NCBI GenBank assembly: GCA_036478295.1
Contig: JAZGDW010000044.1
Coordinates: forward strand, 1 to 29,921
Direction: 5' to 3'
DNA from: Candidatus Krumholzibacteriia bacterium
Lineage (GTDB): Bacteria; Krumholzibacteriota; Krumholzibacteriia; WVZY01
Length of the DNA stretch: 29,921 nucleotides
Part shown: one piece after another, positions 16,706 to 26,578 of the stretch
How the letters are laid out: every line of letters begins with the position of its first letter
Position numbering within the stretch: position 1 is the stretch's first letter
Made by a program: the position numbers and the translations under genes
The notes under the pieces: model-generated
Told to the model about the DNA's origin: nothing
Database searches by the model: none
Seen by the model: only the letters and a program-made list of their open reading frames with translations

Positions 16706-18523
16706 ATGTTCGACTTCTTGAGAATGGTGACAAAAAGGCGCGCGTCGTGGCATCCACTATGCGTCTTGCTCGTGGTGAGCGCCCTTGCCGGCTGCTCCGG
16801 CAATGATCCGGTCACCGTAGCGAATACCCCCCCCGCTGCACCTTCCAACCCATCCCCGCCGGATAGCGTGAACGATCAAGGGGTGAATTCCCGGCTCGAA
16901 TGGGAAGCCCACGATGCCGAGAGTGATCCCGTGACCTACGACATTTATTTTGGTCAGGAGCCGGACCCACCGTTGGTTGAATCGGGTCACGCCGAACCGC
17001 ACTACGACCTGCCAACATTGGAATACGCGACGACGTATTATTGGAAAATCGTAGCCAGGACCACCCAGCACAAGCCGGTGTCTGGAGCCGTGTGGCAATT
17101 CACGACGATCGCGAACAAGACGCCGACCGTTCCCGCCAGTCCACTGCCCTTCGATGGAATAACCGAACAACCGGTCGACATAACACTGAGCTGGTTTGCC
17201 TCGGACCCCGAAGGTGCTTCGTTGACTTTCGATGTGCACCTCGGGACAGACGCCGACCCTCCGCTGGAGTACACGGATCTATCGCAAAACCACTACAAGC
17301 CCGCCCGGCTCGAGTTTCAGGCGATCTACTATTGGCGGATAGTGGCCAGGGACGACAGTCACAATGAGACGTCCGGGCCCGTGTGGCGGTTCACGACGGT
17401 CACCAACCTGCCCCCAGGGATTCCAAATAACCCGTCTCCGCGAAATGGAGATGACACCCAACCCCTTGACGTCACACTCGGCTGGCGTGCTTCCGACCCT
17501 GAGAACGACCCGCTGACTTACGACGTTTATTTCGGAACCAGTAACGATCCACCCCTGGTGGCCAGCGATCGTGCAACCGAATCGTATGCCCCCGGACCAC
17601 TTGAAATAGCGGCGACCTACTATTGGAAGGTTACGGTTAAGGACGATCACAACCACGCTGCGTCAGGCCCGTTGTGGAATTTCAGCACCGTGAACGGTAT
17701 GTGGACTGAGATGACCAGCGGAACGAACCAGAACCTCAGGGGCGTGTGGGCGGGCTCACCGAGCTCGGTCTTCGCGGTTGGCGGTGCCGGCGTCATCCGC
17801 CACTTCAACGGTGTGAGTTGGAACGTCATGGTAGCCGGTACAAGAGAGAATCTCGAAGCCGTTTGGGGAAGTTCGACCAACGATGTTTTTGCCGTGGGGA
17901 CCAGAGGGACGATCCTGCACTACGATGGATTCAGTTGGGTGGCCCAAAGCAGCGGTACTTTCGGTACGCTTCTCGGGGTCTGGGGGAGCTCGGCGAGTGA
18001 TGTCTTTGCCGTCGGCGAGAGCAATCTCATACGTCACTACGACGGTACGAGGTGGCTCAGCATGATAAGCGGCAGCAACCAGATTCAGAGGGGTGTATGG
18101 GGGGCATCGGCCAGCAGTGTTTTTAGCGTCGGAACCGCCGGCACGATACTTCGCTATGACGGCAGCGTGTGGAGGAGCATGGATTCTCCCAATGCAACAC
18201 CGACGCTTTTCGGCGTTTGGGGAAGTTCGGCAAGTGATGTCTTCGCCGTGGGATGGAGGGGCAACGTCCTTCGCTACGATGGTGCGGAGTGGAGCCCCAT
18301 GGCCAGCGGCACGACAAATCCTCTGAATGCCGTATGGGGCAGCTCGGCGAATGATGTCTTCGCCGTGGGGTCCTCCGGCATCATCCTGCACCACAGCGGA
18401 ACGGGCTGGATTGCGATGGCCAGTGGAACAACGCGCCACCTTTATGGAATATCCGGAAACTCAAAAAGCGACGTTTTCGCGGTGGGAGATTTTGGCGTCA
18501 TCCTTCATTTCGCATCACAATAA
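16706..18523 (+). CDS. Lipoprotein with three Fn3/Ig-like repeats and a C-terminal beta-propeller
   Basis: Lipobox LAG-C; three ~97-aa repeats (L.W.A.DPE.DPLTYDVYFG..DPPL...YYW...SGPVW.F.T); seven VWGSSASDVFAVG-type repeats. Confidence 0.85.
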   Translation: MFDFLRMVTKRRASWHPLCVLLVVSALAGCSGNDPVTVANTPPAAPSNPSPPDSVNDQGVNSRLEWEAHDAESDPVTYDIYFGQEPDPPLVESGHAEPHYDLPTLEYATTYYWKIVARTTQHKPVSGAVWQFTTIANKTPTVPASPLPFDGITEQPVDITLSWFASDPEGASLTFDVHLGTDADPPLEYTDLSQNHYKPARLEFQAIYYWRIVARDDSHNETSGPVWRFTTVTNLPPGIPNNPSPRNGDDTQPLDVTLGWRASDPENDPLTYDVYFGTSNDPPLVASDRATESYAPGPLEIAATYYWKVTVKDDHNHAASGPLWNFSTVNGMWTEMTSGTNQNLRGVWAGSPSSVFAVGGAGVIRHFNGVSWNVMVAGTRENLEAVWGSSTNDVFAVGTRGTILHYDGFSWVAQSSGTFGTLLGVWGSSASDVFAVGESNLIRHYDGTRWLSMISGSNQIQRGVWGASASSVFSVGTAGTILRYDGSVWRSMDSPNATPTLFGVWGSSASDVFAVGWRGNVLRYDGAEWSPMASGTTNPLNAVWGSSANDVFAVGSSGIILHHSGTGWIAMASGTTRHLYGISGNSKSDVFAVGDFGVILHFASQ

Positions 18524-18528
18524 GAGAA

Positions 18529-21500
18529 TTATCTGATCAGAACCATTTTTTGCGCGAGAACATTGCCAAAAAAGGCAAGCCTCAAAAAGTAAATCCCGGA
18601 CGCAACCTCTCTCCCGTGGTCGTCGCGGCCATCCCACGAGAGCGGGTAATCGCCCTCGTTCTGCTCGACGTCCAGAAGCACCCGCACCCTTTGCCCCCGA
18701 ACGTCAAATACCGTCACGCGCACTCGACCCCGTTCCGGCAGCGTATAGCGAATCGTGGTCTGTGGGTTGAAAGGATTGGGAAAATTCCTCTCGAGACCGA
18801 GGACGAACGAGGGCGGCTTCTTCGGTGGTGGCGGCGGAGGTGGCGCTATGTGGGGTGGCAGACCCATGCGCAGATCCGCTTCGGCGGTAGAATTGTTCGG
18901 TTGGGTCAGCCACCGGGTGCGTGGCCAGATGGGCGAACCAAAATCCAGCCGGACCCGCCAGTGGACATTCTCTGGAGCTCCGGCAACATGAATGAGTTCG
19001 GCCAGCGCCACCGCATCATTGGACGTTCTGTCCAGAGCGCTTAGTGGGTATCGCGCACTGGTTCCGGTATTCGTTCCGTCAAACGGTACGCCATAGGGTT
19101 TTGCCTCCCATTCCATCAGGATCGTCCTGGTGCCGGGCGGTGGCCGGGTGCTTACCTTTAGACGAATGCTGTCCGCATCGCCCGAATAGCCAAGCAAGCC
19201 CACGGAAGCAGAGCCATCGGTCCGAATCTGGCGTGGATTCAGGAAGGGTGCCCTTCCCGGCGTGGCGTACGTCAAGGCGATCCCGCTGCGGTTCGAGCCC
19301 GCCAGCCACCGTGGCGCCCCGACGACGATGTCCGCCAGGCCGTCCCCATTCAGGTCCCCGGCCGCGGCGACCGAAAATCCGAGCCATGCGCCGGACTGAT
19401 TCCCTTCGGCGGACCAGTCGGGGAATCTCGGTAGCCCGTTTGCCGACCCCATGTAAACCACCACTCTTCCCTCGTTCGCTTCGCCATCGTCGAAATGGGG
19501 GTCCCCGATGGCGAGGTCACCAAACCCGTCACCATTGATGTCTCCCGCGCTGGAGACGGCTCTCCCAAAGGCGCCTTCCAGCACATCGCCCTGGGCGGCC
19601 CAATCGGGCGAGCTGCCCGGACCCGACGGTGAGCCCAGGTACACAAACACGGTTCCGATGTCCTGCAACACGTCGAGATTTCCCTCGGCACCAATAACCA
19701 CATCTCCGTAGCCGTCTCCATTGATGTCTCCGGCGGAGGCTACCGAAACGCCAAAACGCCCTACCGCGTGGTCGATCTCCGCCGTCCACATCGGTTCGGC
19801 CAGGAGACCGCCGGCGGATCCGGCGTAGATCATCGCGCGCCCTTCATCCTCCTCCCCATTGTCGAAGTATGGAGCCCCGACAATGACGTCGCTGTAACCA
19901 TCGCCGTTGACGTCTCCGGCACCGGCCACGGAATACCCGAGCCAGGCTCCAGCCTGATGGCTCTCGGCCGTCCAGCTGAGTGAATCCGGCAGGCCGTAGG
20001 GGGAACCATACAAAACGACCGCCCTGCCTTCCTCCTCTTCACCGCCGCTGTATCGATAGGCCCCCACAATGACGTCGCTGTATCCGTCGCCGTTGACATC
20101 ACCCGCCCGCGCGACCGAAAACCCGTATTGCGCACCCGCCTGGTCACCCTCACCGATCCAATCGGCCGAACGGCCGAGTCCCGACCGTGCGCCGAGATAC
20201 ACGAAGACACCACCCTCGTCTCCCTGGCCGTTGGAATACCGAGGGGCGCCAACGATTACGTCAGAGAAGCCATCACCGTTGATGTCGCCTGCGGATGAGA
20301 CCGAATATCCAAACCACTCCGCGGTACCAGCGCCCCAACCTCGCCACCACGGTTCGACGATGAGACCTGAAGGCGACCCCAGGTAGAGAAAAGCGGCACC
20401 CGCGTCCTTCGCGGTGCCGTCCTGGAGATACGCACCGACGATCATGTCGGTCCACCCATCCCCGTTGACGTCGCCGGCGCTCGCGACGGAGTTGCCGAAC
20501 CAGGCGTCCCGCTGTCCCTCTTGAACGAGACCATGCGGTTCGGGTCCAAGCGTCCCCAGGAAAGGAACCGCGTGGTAGACAGATACTCTGCCGTCAGGGT
20601 TAGTGGTGCCGTCCAGTGCGTTTCCGACAAGGACATCGCTAAGGCCATCTCCGTTGACATCGCCCGCCGTCGCGACCGCCGGACTGACGTGGTTGGCCTC
20701 CGTAGAGGCCGCCCAATCGGGAGTACTTGCAAATCCTGAATCGGAGCTAAAAAACACGAACGCGAAGGACTTGGCGACCCCAAACTGGGGTGCGGGCTTG
20801 GCGCCGACGATGATGTCACTCAGGCCGTCGTCGTTCACGTCGCCCGTGGTCGCCACCGCGAAGCCGAAGCGGGTGCCCGAACCGACGGTCGCTTGCCAAT
20901 ACGGCTCCGTTTCGACACCGGAGGCGGACCCCAGGTAAACGTACGCGCGGCCGTCCGGCAGCCCCGAGTGGCTCCCGTAATCGCTCGCGCCAACGATAAT
21001 GTCGCTGAAGCCATCCCCGTTGACGTCTCCCGCCGTTCCGACGGCTTGTGCAAAGGCCGCTCCCGGCTGCTCCCCGACCCCAACCCAAACCGGCCGTCCG
21101 GAGAGTCCCTGTGGAGAACCCGTGTAAACAAAAGCCGCTCCCTGATCCGTCTCTCCGCTGTCATATCGGACCGCGCCGATAATCACGTCGCTGTAACCAT
21201 CGCCGTTGACGTCTCCCGCGGCCGCCACGGAAGATCCAAACCAGGCTCCGTCCTGATCCAGCTCCATGGCCCATGCAGGAATGAGCGATAAGCCGGCCGG
21301 CTCGCCCAGATACAGATACACACGGCCTTCGTCCTGCTGTCCTGAATCGGCAAATGGTGCGCTGACCAGGACGTCATCGAGACCATCGCCGTTGACGTCA
21401 CCGGCCCACGATACCGCGTAGCCGAATTGGGCGCCCGGTTGCCCCCCTGACAACTTCCAAAAGGGTGTGTCCATGAGACCGGCCGCACGGCCCATGTAGA

Positions 21501-21990
21501 CGTACACTCGTCCCTCATCCAGGAAGTCGTCGTCGTAGAGCGGCGCGGCCATGATGAAGTCCGCAAAACCATCTCCATTCACGTCCCCGGCACTGGATAC
21601 CGAAAAACCGAAGTCGGCCCCGCTCTGGCTCCCAAGCAATTCCACCGACGGAGTCGGGCTTAGCCCCGTCGTCGAGCCAAAAAAGACATATGACCGGTTC
21701 TGGCCCGGAACCCCGACAATAATGTCACCGAATCCATCGCCGTTGACATCACCTACGGGCGCAACGGACGTTCCGAGTCTCCCAAACTGCGCAAAAAAGG
21801 TCCAGTCGGGCCTGGACGTGAGGGGCACGCCGCCCGCTGGCTGATGCAGGCCGGTCACGGGACGGTCGGACACTCGAGCACCCGCTTTTGTTGAGGATGG
21901 ACAAAGAAATGGGAGGGAACTGACCGACAGCAAGGCCAGAACGACGGCGCGCCCAATAGCTCTTCCTTCTAGAGGAAATCGGTTTCTCAT
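18529..21990 (-). CDS. FG-GAP (integrin-alpha-like) repeat protein with C-terminal FlgD-Ig/T9SS-type sorting domain
   Basis: Signal peptide, 14 GD[VIL]N[GD]DG..D repeats, poly-Pro linker, then NFPNPFNPQTTIRY...WDGRD..G..VASGIYF. Confidence 0.9.
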   Translation of the reverse strand: MRNRFPLEGRAIGRAVVLALLSVSSLPFLCPSSTKAGARVSDRPVTGLHQPAGGVPLTSRPDWTFFAQFGRLGTSVAPVGDVNGDGFGDIIVGVPGQNRSYVFFGSTTGLSPTPSVELLGSQSGADFGFSVSSAGDVNGDGFADFIMAAPLYDDDFLDEGRVYVYMGRAAGLMDTPFWKLSGGQPGAQFGYAVSWAGDVNGDGLDDVLVSAPFADSGQQDEGRVYLYLGEPAGLSLIPAWAMELDQDGAWFGSSVAAAGDVNGDGYSDVIIGAVRYDSGETDQGAAFVYTGSPQGLSGRPVWVGVGEQPGAAFAQAVGTAGDVNGDGFSDIIVGASDYGSHSGLPDGRAYVYLGSASGVETEPYWQATVGSGTRFGFAVATTGDVNDDGLSDIIVGAKPAPQFGVAKSFAFVFFSSDSGFASTPDWAASTEANHVSPAVATAGDVNGDGLSDVLVGNALDGTTNPDGRVSVYHAVPFLGTLGPEPHGLVQEGQRDAWFGNSVASAGDVNGDGWTDMIVGAYLQDGTAKDAGAAFLYLGSPSGLIVEPWWRGWGAGTAEWFGYSVSSAGDINGDGFSDVIVGAPRYSNGQGDEGGVFVYLGARSGLGRSADWIGEGDQAGAQYGFSVARAGDVNGDGYSDVIVGAYRYSGGEEEEGRAVVLYGSPYGLPDSLSWTAESHQAGAWLGYSVAGAGDVNGDGYSDVIVGAPYFDNGEEDEGRAMIYAGSAGGLLAEPMWTAEIDHAVGRFGVSVASAGDINGDGYGDVVIGAEGNLDVLQDIGTVFVYLGSPSGPGSSPDWAAQGDVLEGAFGRAVSSAGDINGDGFGDLAIGDPHFDDGEANEGRVVVYMGSANGLPRFPDWSAEGNQSGAWLGFSVAAAGDLNGDGLADIVVGAPRWLAGSNRSGIALTYATPGRAPFLNPRQIRTDGSASVGLLGYSGDADSIRLKVSTRPPPGTRTILMEWEAKPYGVPFDGTNTGTSARYPLSALDRTSNDAVALAELIHVAGAPENVHWRVRLDFGSPIWPRTRWLTQPNNSTAEADLRMGLPPHIAPPPPPPPKKPPSFVLGLERNFPNPFNPQTTIRYTLPERGRVRVTVFDVRGQRVRVLLDVEQNEGDYPLSWDGRDDHGREVASGIYFLRLAFFGNVLAQKMVLIR

Positions 21991-22062
21991 TCGTTCCCCG
22001 CTTGCGACGGTCCACTCCTAAACACAGCCACAGAAAAACCGTACACCGGTCAAACAAGCGAC

Positions 22063-23295
22063 CTACGGTTCGGGATCGCTGTAGATGTCGACAAAGGTTT
22101 GATTCGGTATCGCGTCAAAAAGGTTGACGATCCACACTTCATCGTCCGAAATATCTCCGGGCAGGGGCTGTCCGAAATACATGATAAACCCACGGTCCGT
22201 CAAATGTTGAAGTCCGATCGCGTGACCCGACTCATGCAAGAACACCCGGTACAAGAACCCTGGATCCGAGAAATCATTAACGATATTAATGACGGCCTTC
22301 GTGAGGAACCCGTCGGCATCTACCGTATATCGCGTCACAGCGTTGTTCGCACCCATCTGCCCCGGTGACTTGACACTCACCTCGATCGGCGCGGGCGGTG
22401 AGTCGACAAAGGCAAAGAGGGTGATTCCCGTTCGATCCATCCACCGCTGCATGGCAGCCCGCGCGGCCGTTCCGTAATCCAGCCCCAGGGAGTTCACAAA
22501 CGGCGGAACGTAGGTGGATACGGGGAAACTCCACTTCAAAACCTGCCTGGAGGGTGAGCGAACAACCGCACTCTTGAACAGGCTCAACGCGCTTTCGGAG
22601 GGAAGGACATCGCTGCCCCTGTGTGGAATCAGCAGGAACGTCTGGACAATGTCGCTTGTGATAACGAATCGTGTATCCAAATTGAAATACCCCGGCTGGT
22701 TGCCGTCGAAGTGGATGGCAATCTGGTACTCCTGGGGTGTCACGTCCGGCTGCGAAAACTCGCCTCGAACATCCGTTGTTACCGAATGCTTCTTCTCGAC
22801 GCCCTGCAAACGCACCTCGATGCCCTCCAGGGGTGCGTCGGTAAACACCTGCCTGCACTGACCCGCGAACGTAAATCCCGGGACGGACAGCGCCGCGACG
22901 TTGCTTGGGGCAGAGAAGTTCCCCGAGTGGTCAATACTCGAGATTGCCAGGCTCAGATTTCGTCCGCGATCCGGATAACGGATGTGATAGGACTGCTCCG
23001 TCCCTGGGGGCGCCGGCAGGGGAGGGTCGACCACTGGGGCGGCGGTTGCCCAAGCGAACGGCTCATCGTATACAAACCGAATCTCGTAACGCTCGACGGT
23101 CCCACTGTTGCCGCGGCTCTGTGGTGATGTCCAGGTGAGAGTCGCGCCGCTTGTTGAATCCACAAAGGACAGGCGGGCGTCTCCAATCCGGTCGGGCCGC
23201 TGAGTGTCCGCGGAAAACGGTTGAGGATCCGAACAACCCATGAAGAGCAGTGGTAAGGCCAGAGATGCAGCGAATATTCGGTCCGCGGGATTCAT
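22063..23295 (-). CDS. Lipoprotein with Fn3-like and carboxypeptidase-regulatory-like domains and a matrixin/metzincin peptidase domain
   Basis: Lipobox FMG-C; HESGHAIGLQH zinc motif followed by Met-turn IMY. Confidence 0.8.
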   Translation of the reverse strand: MNPADRIFAASLALPLLFMGCSDPQPFSADTQRPDRIGDARLSFVDSTSGATLTWTSPQSRGNSGTVERYEIRFVYDEPFAWATAAPVVDPPLPAPPGTEQSYHIRYPDRGRNLSLAISSIDHSGNFSAPSNVAALSVPGFTFAGQCRQVFTDAPLEGIEVRLQGVEKKHSVTTDVRGEFSQPDVTPQEYQIAIHFDGNQPGYFNLDTRFVITSDIVQTFLLIPHRGSDVLPSESALSLFKSAVVRSPSRQVLKWSFPVSTYVPPFVNSLGLDYGTAARAAMQRWMDRTGITLFAFVDSPPAPIEVSVKSPGQMGANNAVTRYTVDADGFLTKAVINIVNDFSDPGFLYRVFLHESGHAIGLQHLTDRGFIMYFGQPLPGDISDDEVWIVNLFDAIPNQTFVDIYSDPEP

Positions 23296-23402
23296 CGAAG
23301 CTCGTGCGGATCTTGCGCGGCGGCGTGGATCCGACTCGTTGGTATCGCCAGGCAGCAGGGAGGGCGCCGGTTGCCGGATAGATCGAGAAGACTCAACGTT
23401 CG

Positions 23403-23431
23403 ATTGTACGACCCCTGCCCGAATTCGTCAA
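23403..23431 (-). promoter_or_regulatory. sigma70-type promoter for the metzincin and FG-GAP genes
   Basis: Minus strand TTGACG-N17-TACAAT. Confidence 0.65.
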
Positions 23432-23472
23432 ATCGTACTACCGCAGGGATGCCGCGATAACCGCCGCAAGTC

Positions 23473-23501
23473 TTGATCCCTGGCCGAGTTTTTGCTATGG
23501 T
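23473..23501 (+). promoter_or_regulatory. Putative ssrA promoter
   Basis: TTGATC-N17-TATGGT with TG extended -10, 23 bp before the mature tmRNA 5' end. Confidence 0.55.
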
Positions 23502-23524
23502 GTTATGTGGCAACACACTCGAAT

Positions 23525-23879
23525 GGGGGCGATTTGGGCTCGACGGGGATAGTGGAGTGTAGGCTGCGTGTCGAGATTGCCATGAGCTCGTAAAAACTGT
23601 GGTAAACCAAGAAGTGTCGACGAACCAGTCGCACTGGCTGCCTAACTAAGCAGCTCGTCCTGCGTGGGATGGGTCTCCAGGACCCACGTGAGGGCGTCAT
23701 CCACTGGGGAATAGCCGGCGAGGAGAGCCCTGGCTTCACTGGCGAAATTTAAGGGTGGGCCGCCCGGTGATCCTGTTTGTGGGGAGCCCGGGTGGCGGGA
23801 TCAAAACCACGAACTACACACGTAGACGCTTGCATGGATCTTTCTTCGGACGCGGGTTCGATTCCCGCCGCCTCCACCA
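23525..23879 (+). ncRNA. ssrA: tmRNA (transfer-messenger RNA), tag peptide (A)VDEPVALAA
   Basis: 5' GGGGGCG pairs with 3' CGCCTCC-A-CCA including the G3-U Ala determinant; T-arm GCGGG-TTCGATT-CCCGC; tag frame 23616-23645 ends LAA-TAA; 355 nt. Confidence 0.96.
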
Positions 23880-23935
23880 GTTTGCTCGTTGCACTCGCCA
23901 AGCAGGCGCCGGACAAGCTCCGCCGCCTCCACTAA
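23873..23935 (+). repeat. Left copy of ~62-bp tmRNA-linked direct repeat
   Basis: Aligns by eye to 29441-29502 at 50 of 63 positions; contains a second copy of the tmRNA end, CCGCCGCCTCCAC (23920-23932). Confidence 0.85.
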
Positions 23936-24064
23936 GTCTCTCTCCACCCAACTTCTTGTTGTCACTTGCGTGGCCAGTGTAGAGGGCTCCACCGGCTGCG
24001 GCCTCGAGAGCAACCCCAGAGGAACATTCTGGAAAAGCCCGGAGCGGGACGGTCTGAGGCAAAC

Positions 24065-24080
24065 ATTGACAATTGTCAAT
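24065..24080. promoter_or_regulatory. Perfect 16-bp palindrome (TTGAC-N4-GTCAA, CRP/FNR-like)
   Basis: ATTGACAATTGTCAAT in an AT-rich patch upstream of the kinase gene. Confidence 0.55.
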
Positions 24081-24244
24081 TAATAGCTTAATGCCTGAAT
24101 GTCAAGTTCATGGTACGTTTAGTCATCAAAAGCCGCTCGCCTGAGGGACCGCAGGTTCCGAAAATATCGCATGGGTGAATCGATTCGTCCCGCGCGTCCG
24201 CGCGGGTCGGTCCAAATACACAAATAGCGCTTTGCGGGGTGCAC

Positions 24245-26578
24245 ATGTTAGGGAAGACAATCTCCCATTACCGCATACTCGACAAACTCGGTGAGGGCGG
24301 TATGGGTGTCGTTTACAAGGCCCACGACACGAAACTCGATCGCACGGTTGCCCTGAAGTTTCTATCGCCTCGTGTCGTCGATCGGGATGCCGAAAAGACA
24401 CGATTTGTCCACGAGGCCAAGTCCGTGGCAGCGTTGCACCACCCAAACATCTGCACGATCCACGAGATCGACGAGTTCGAAGGGCAGTTATTCATCTCGA
24501 TGGCGTACATAGAGGGAACGAGCCTGCGCGATCAGATTGCCGATGGGCGGGTCGGTGTCGCAGAGGCAATCGACACCGTCATGCAAATCTGCTCCGCGCT
24601 CCAGGAAGCCCACGACAAGGCAATCGTCCACCGCGACGTCAAACCCGCGAACATCATGCTCGAGCAGTCCGGTCGAGCTGTGTTAATGGACTTCGGCCTC
24701 GCGCGCCAGAAAGACGCTACGCGACTCACGCGAACCGGCACAACGGTAGGGACAGTTGCGTACATGTCACCCGAACAGCTGCGCGGCGATGAACTCGACG
24801 GCAGGAGTGATCTGTGGTCGCTCGGCGTGGTCTTGTACGAACTTCTCGCTGGTTGCTTGCCTTTCAAGGGGGAAGTCGAACCGGCTCTCATCTACTCGAT
24901 CATGAATGAGGATACCGAGCCGATCGTCTCTCACCTTGCAGGCGCGCCCGCGGGTCTCGAAGGCATTCTGGCACGGGCGCTTGCGAAAGACCCAGTGGAG
25001 CGGTATGCCAGCGCGGCGGAGCTCCGTGCCGACCTGGAGGAGGTTCGCAGCGACCCCGAAGCGTTTCCCGCGGGGGTGCCCCGCCGCAGGTCCACTCGTA
25101 AGCGTGTTTTCGCCGGGGTCGCAGGTCTGCTGGCGGTTGTTGCGGCGTTTTTCCTCGTATCCAGGATTTTCTTCGACGGCCAGGCGCGTGCATCGATCGC
25201 CGTCTTACCGTGCATCAATGTGAGCGGTGACCCCGATCACGAGTATCTGAGCGACGGGATAACGGAAGATCTCATTTTGCATTTCTCCAGGCTCAACGGG
25301 TTCCGGGTCCTGAATCCGATGACCATGTTCCAGTATAAAGGAACCGAAAAGAGCTCGCGTGAGATCGCCGGGGAGCTCAACGCGACCGTCCTCCTTCGTT
25401 CGCGCATGCGAATGAACGGGGATCGGATCGAGCTATCCGTCCAGCTCATCGACCCCGGGACGGACGAGATCGCATGGGCCGATCAGTACAACGAGCCTGT
25501 CAGTAACATACAAAACGCTCAACGCAAGCTGGTCCTGGAAGTCGCACAATCGCTGAATGTGGTTCCGGCGTCGGCAGAGAGGCAACGCCTGGAGCAGACA
25601 TCCCCCGTCGACCGTGAGGCGTACCTGGCATATCAGCGCGGCAGGGCATTAATGAGAGCACGCACGCAACACGGCATGGAAAAAGCCATCGAGTACTTTC
25701 AGGCAGCGATCGCAGCGGACTCTACCTGGGCCCTGCCCGTTGCGGGGCTCGCCGAAGCACACATGGTGTTTGCTAACCCCTACTATCGGCAGGGACAGTT
25801 ATCCTACGAAGAGCTGACAAGCTTGGCAGAGAAAGACTCCATAAGATGGAAAGAAATGGCCAAGCGAGCGCTCACGCTAGACCCGAACCTCGCCGAGGCT
25901 CATATGGTCATTGGCGACTACGAGAAGGCTCTCGAGATTAACCCCAATCTTGCTTGGGGCTACTACTACCATAGCCTGGCTCTTGGCGAAATTGGACAAC
26001 ACGATCGCGCGATCGAGGCAGCCGAGACAGCGGTATCCCTGGATCCCGGAAACCTTGTCATGAACGTTATCCTGGGAAAGATACTCACGCTGGCACGAAG
26101 GTACGACCGCGCCGAGCGGCAACTGATCGAGAGCATAGACATGGATCCCGAACACAGCGCCGCCTACGTCGAGCTACTCTTGCTACACGTTATGAAGGGC
26201 GAGTACAAAAAAGCCATCGAGCCCATGAAGAAGTTCGTCGAAATCGAAGGGGGACAACCCGAAGCTTTCGTACCGATGCTCCGCGCCGCCGCGGGTGAAA
26301 TCGATGTCGACGAGCGCGTGCTTTCAATCGTTACTGCCGTCAAAAAGCTGTACGGACCCCACAGCGCCGCCTGGTGTTATGCGATGCTGTCCCGCTACGA
26401 CAACGCGCTGGACTGCCTCGAGGAGGCATTCGAGTTGGGCGGATCAAAGGTTTACCTTGTCCATCAGTACCCGATGTTCGATCCGATCCAGTCAGAGCCC
26501 CGGCTTGTAAAGCTGCGTCAGCGTATGGCCGAACGAATCGCTGAGATGCAGCGCGGGGAAAAGGAGGTTCGACGATGA
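24245..26578 (+). CDS. Ser/Thr protein kinase with TM helix, TolB-N-like domain and TPR repeats
   Basis: GEGGMGVVY, VALK, HRDVKPAN, DFG, YMSPE; TM VFAGVAGLLAVVAAFFLV; SIAVLP...YLSDGITEDLI; TPR-like ALxLDPN repeats. Confidence 0.93.
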   Translation: MLGKTISHYRILDKLGEGGMGVVYKAHDTKLDRTVALKFLSPRVVDRDAEKTRFVHEAKSVAALHHPNICTIHEIDEFEGQLFISMAYIEGTSLRDQIADGRVGVAEAIDTVMQICSALQEAHDKAIVHRDVKPANIMLEQSGRAVLMDFGLARQKDATRLTRTGTTVGTVAYMSPEQLRGDELDGRSDLWSLGVVLYELLAGCLPFKGEVEPALIYSIMNEDTEPIVSHLAGAPAGLEGILARALAKDPVERYASAAELRADLEEVRSDPEAFPAGVPRRRSTRKRVFAGVAGLLAVVAAFFLVSRIFFDGQARASIAVLPCINVSGDPDHEYLSDGITEDLILHFSRLNGFRVLNPMTMFQYKGTEKSSREIAGELNATVLLRSRMRMNGDRIELSVQLIDPGTDEIAWADQYNEPVSNIQNAQRKLVLEVAQSLNVVPASAERQRLEQTSPVDREAYLAYQRGRALMRARTQHGMEKAIEYFQAAIAADSTWALPVAGLAEAHMVFANPYYRQGQLSYEELTSLAEKDSIRWKEMAKRALTLDPNLAEAHMVIGDYEKALEINPNLAWGYYYHSLALGEIGQHDRAIEAAETAVSLDPGNLVMNVILGKILTLARRYDRAERQLIESIDMDPEHSAAYVELLLLHVMKGEYKKAIEPMKKFVEIEGGQPEAFVPMLRAAAGEIDVDERVLSIVTAVKKLYGPHSAAWCYAMLSRYDNALDCLEEAFELGGSKVYLVHQYPMFDPIQSEPRLVKLRQRMAERIAEMQRGEKEVRR

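Noticed and set aside
19300..21760. Recurrent CCGTTGACGTC-like DNA repeats
   Set aside because: Fully explained by the GDVNGDG codons of the FG-GAP repeats; there is no template/variable repeat pair or reverse transcriptase to suggest a DGR.
23814..24062. 82-aa minus-strand ORF ending WWRRRESNPRP
   Set aside because: Its tail is simply the antisense of the tmRNA 3' end and the rest has no recognisable domain, so it is not called as a gene.
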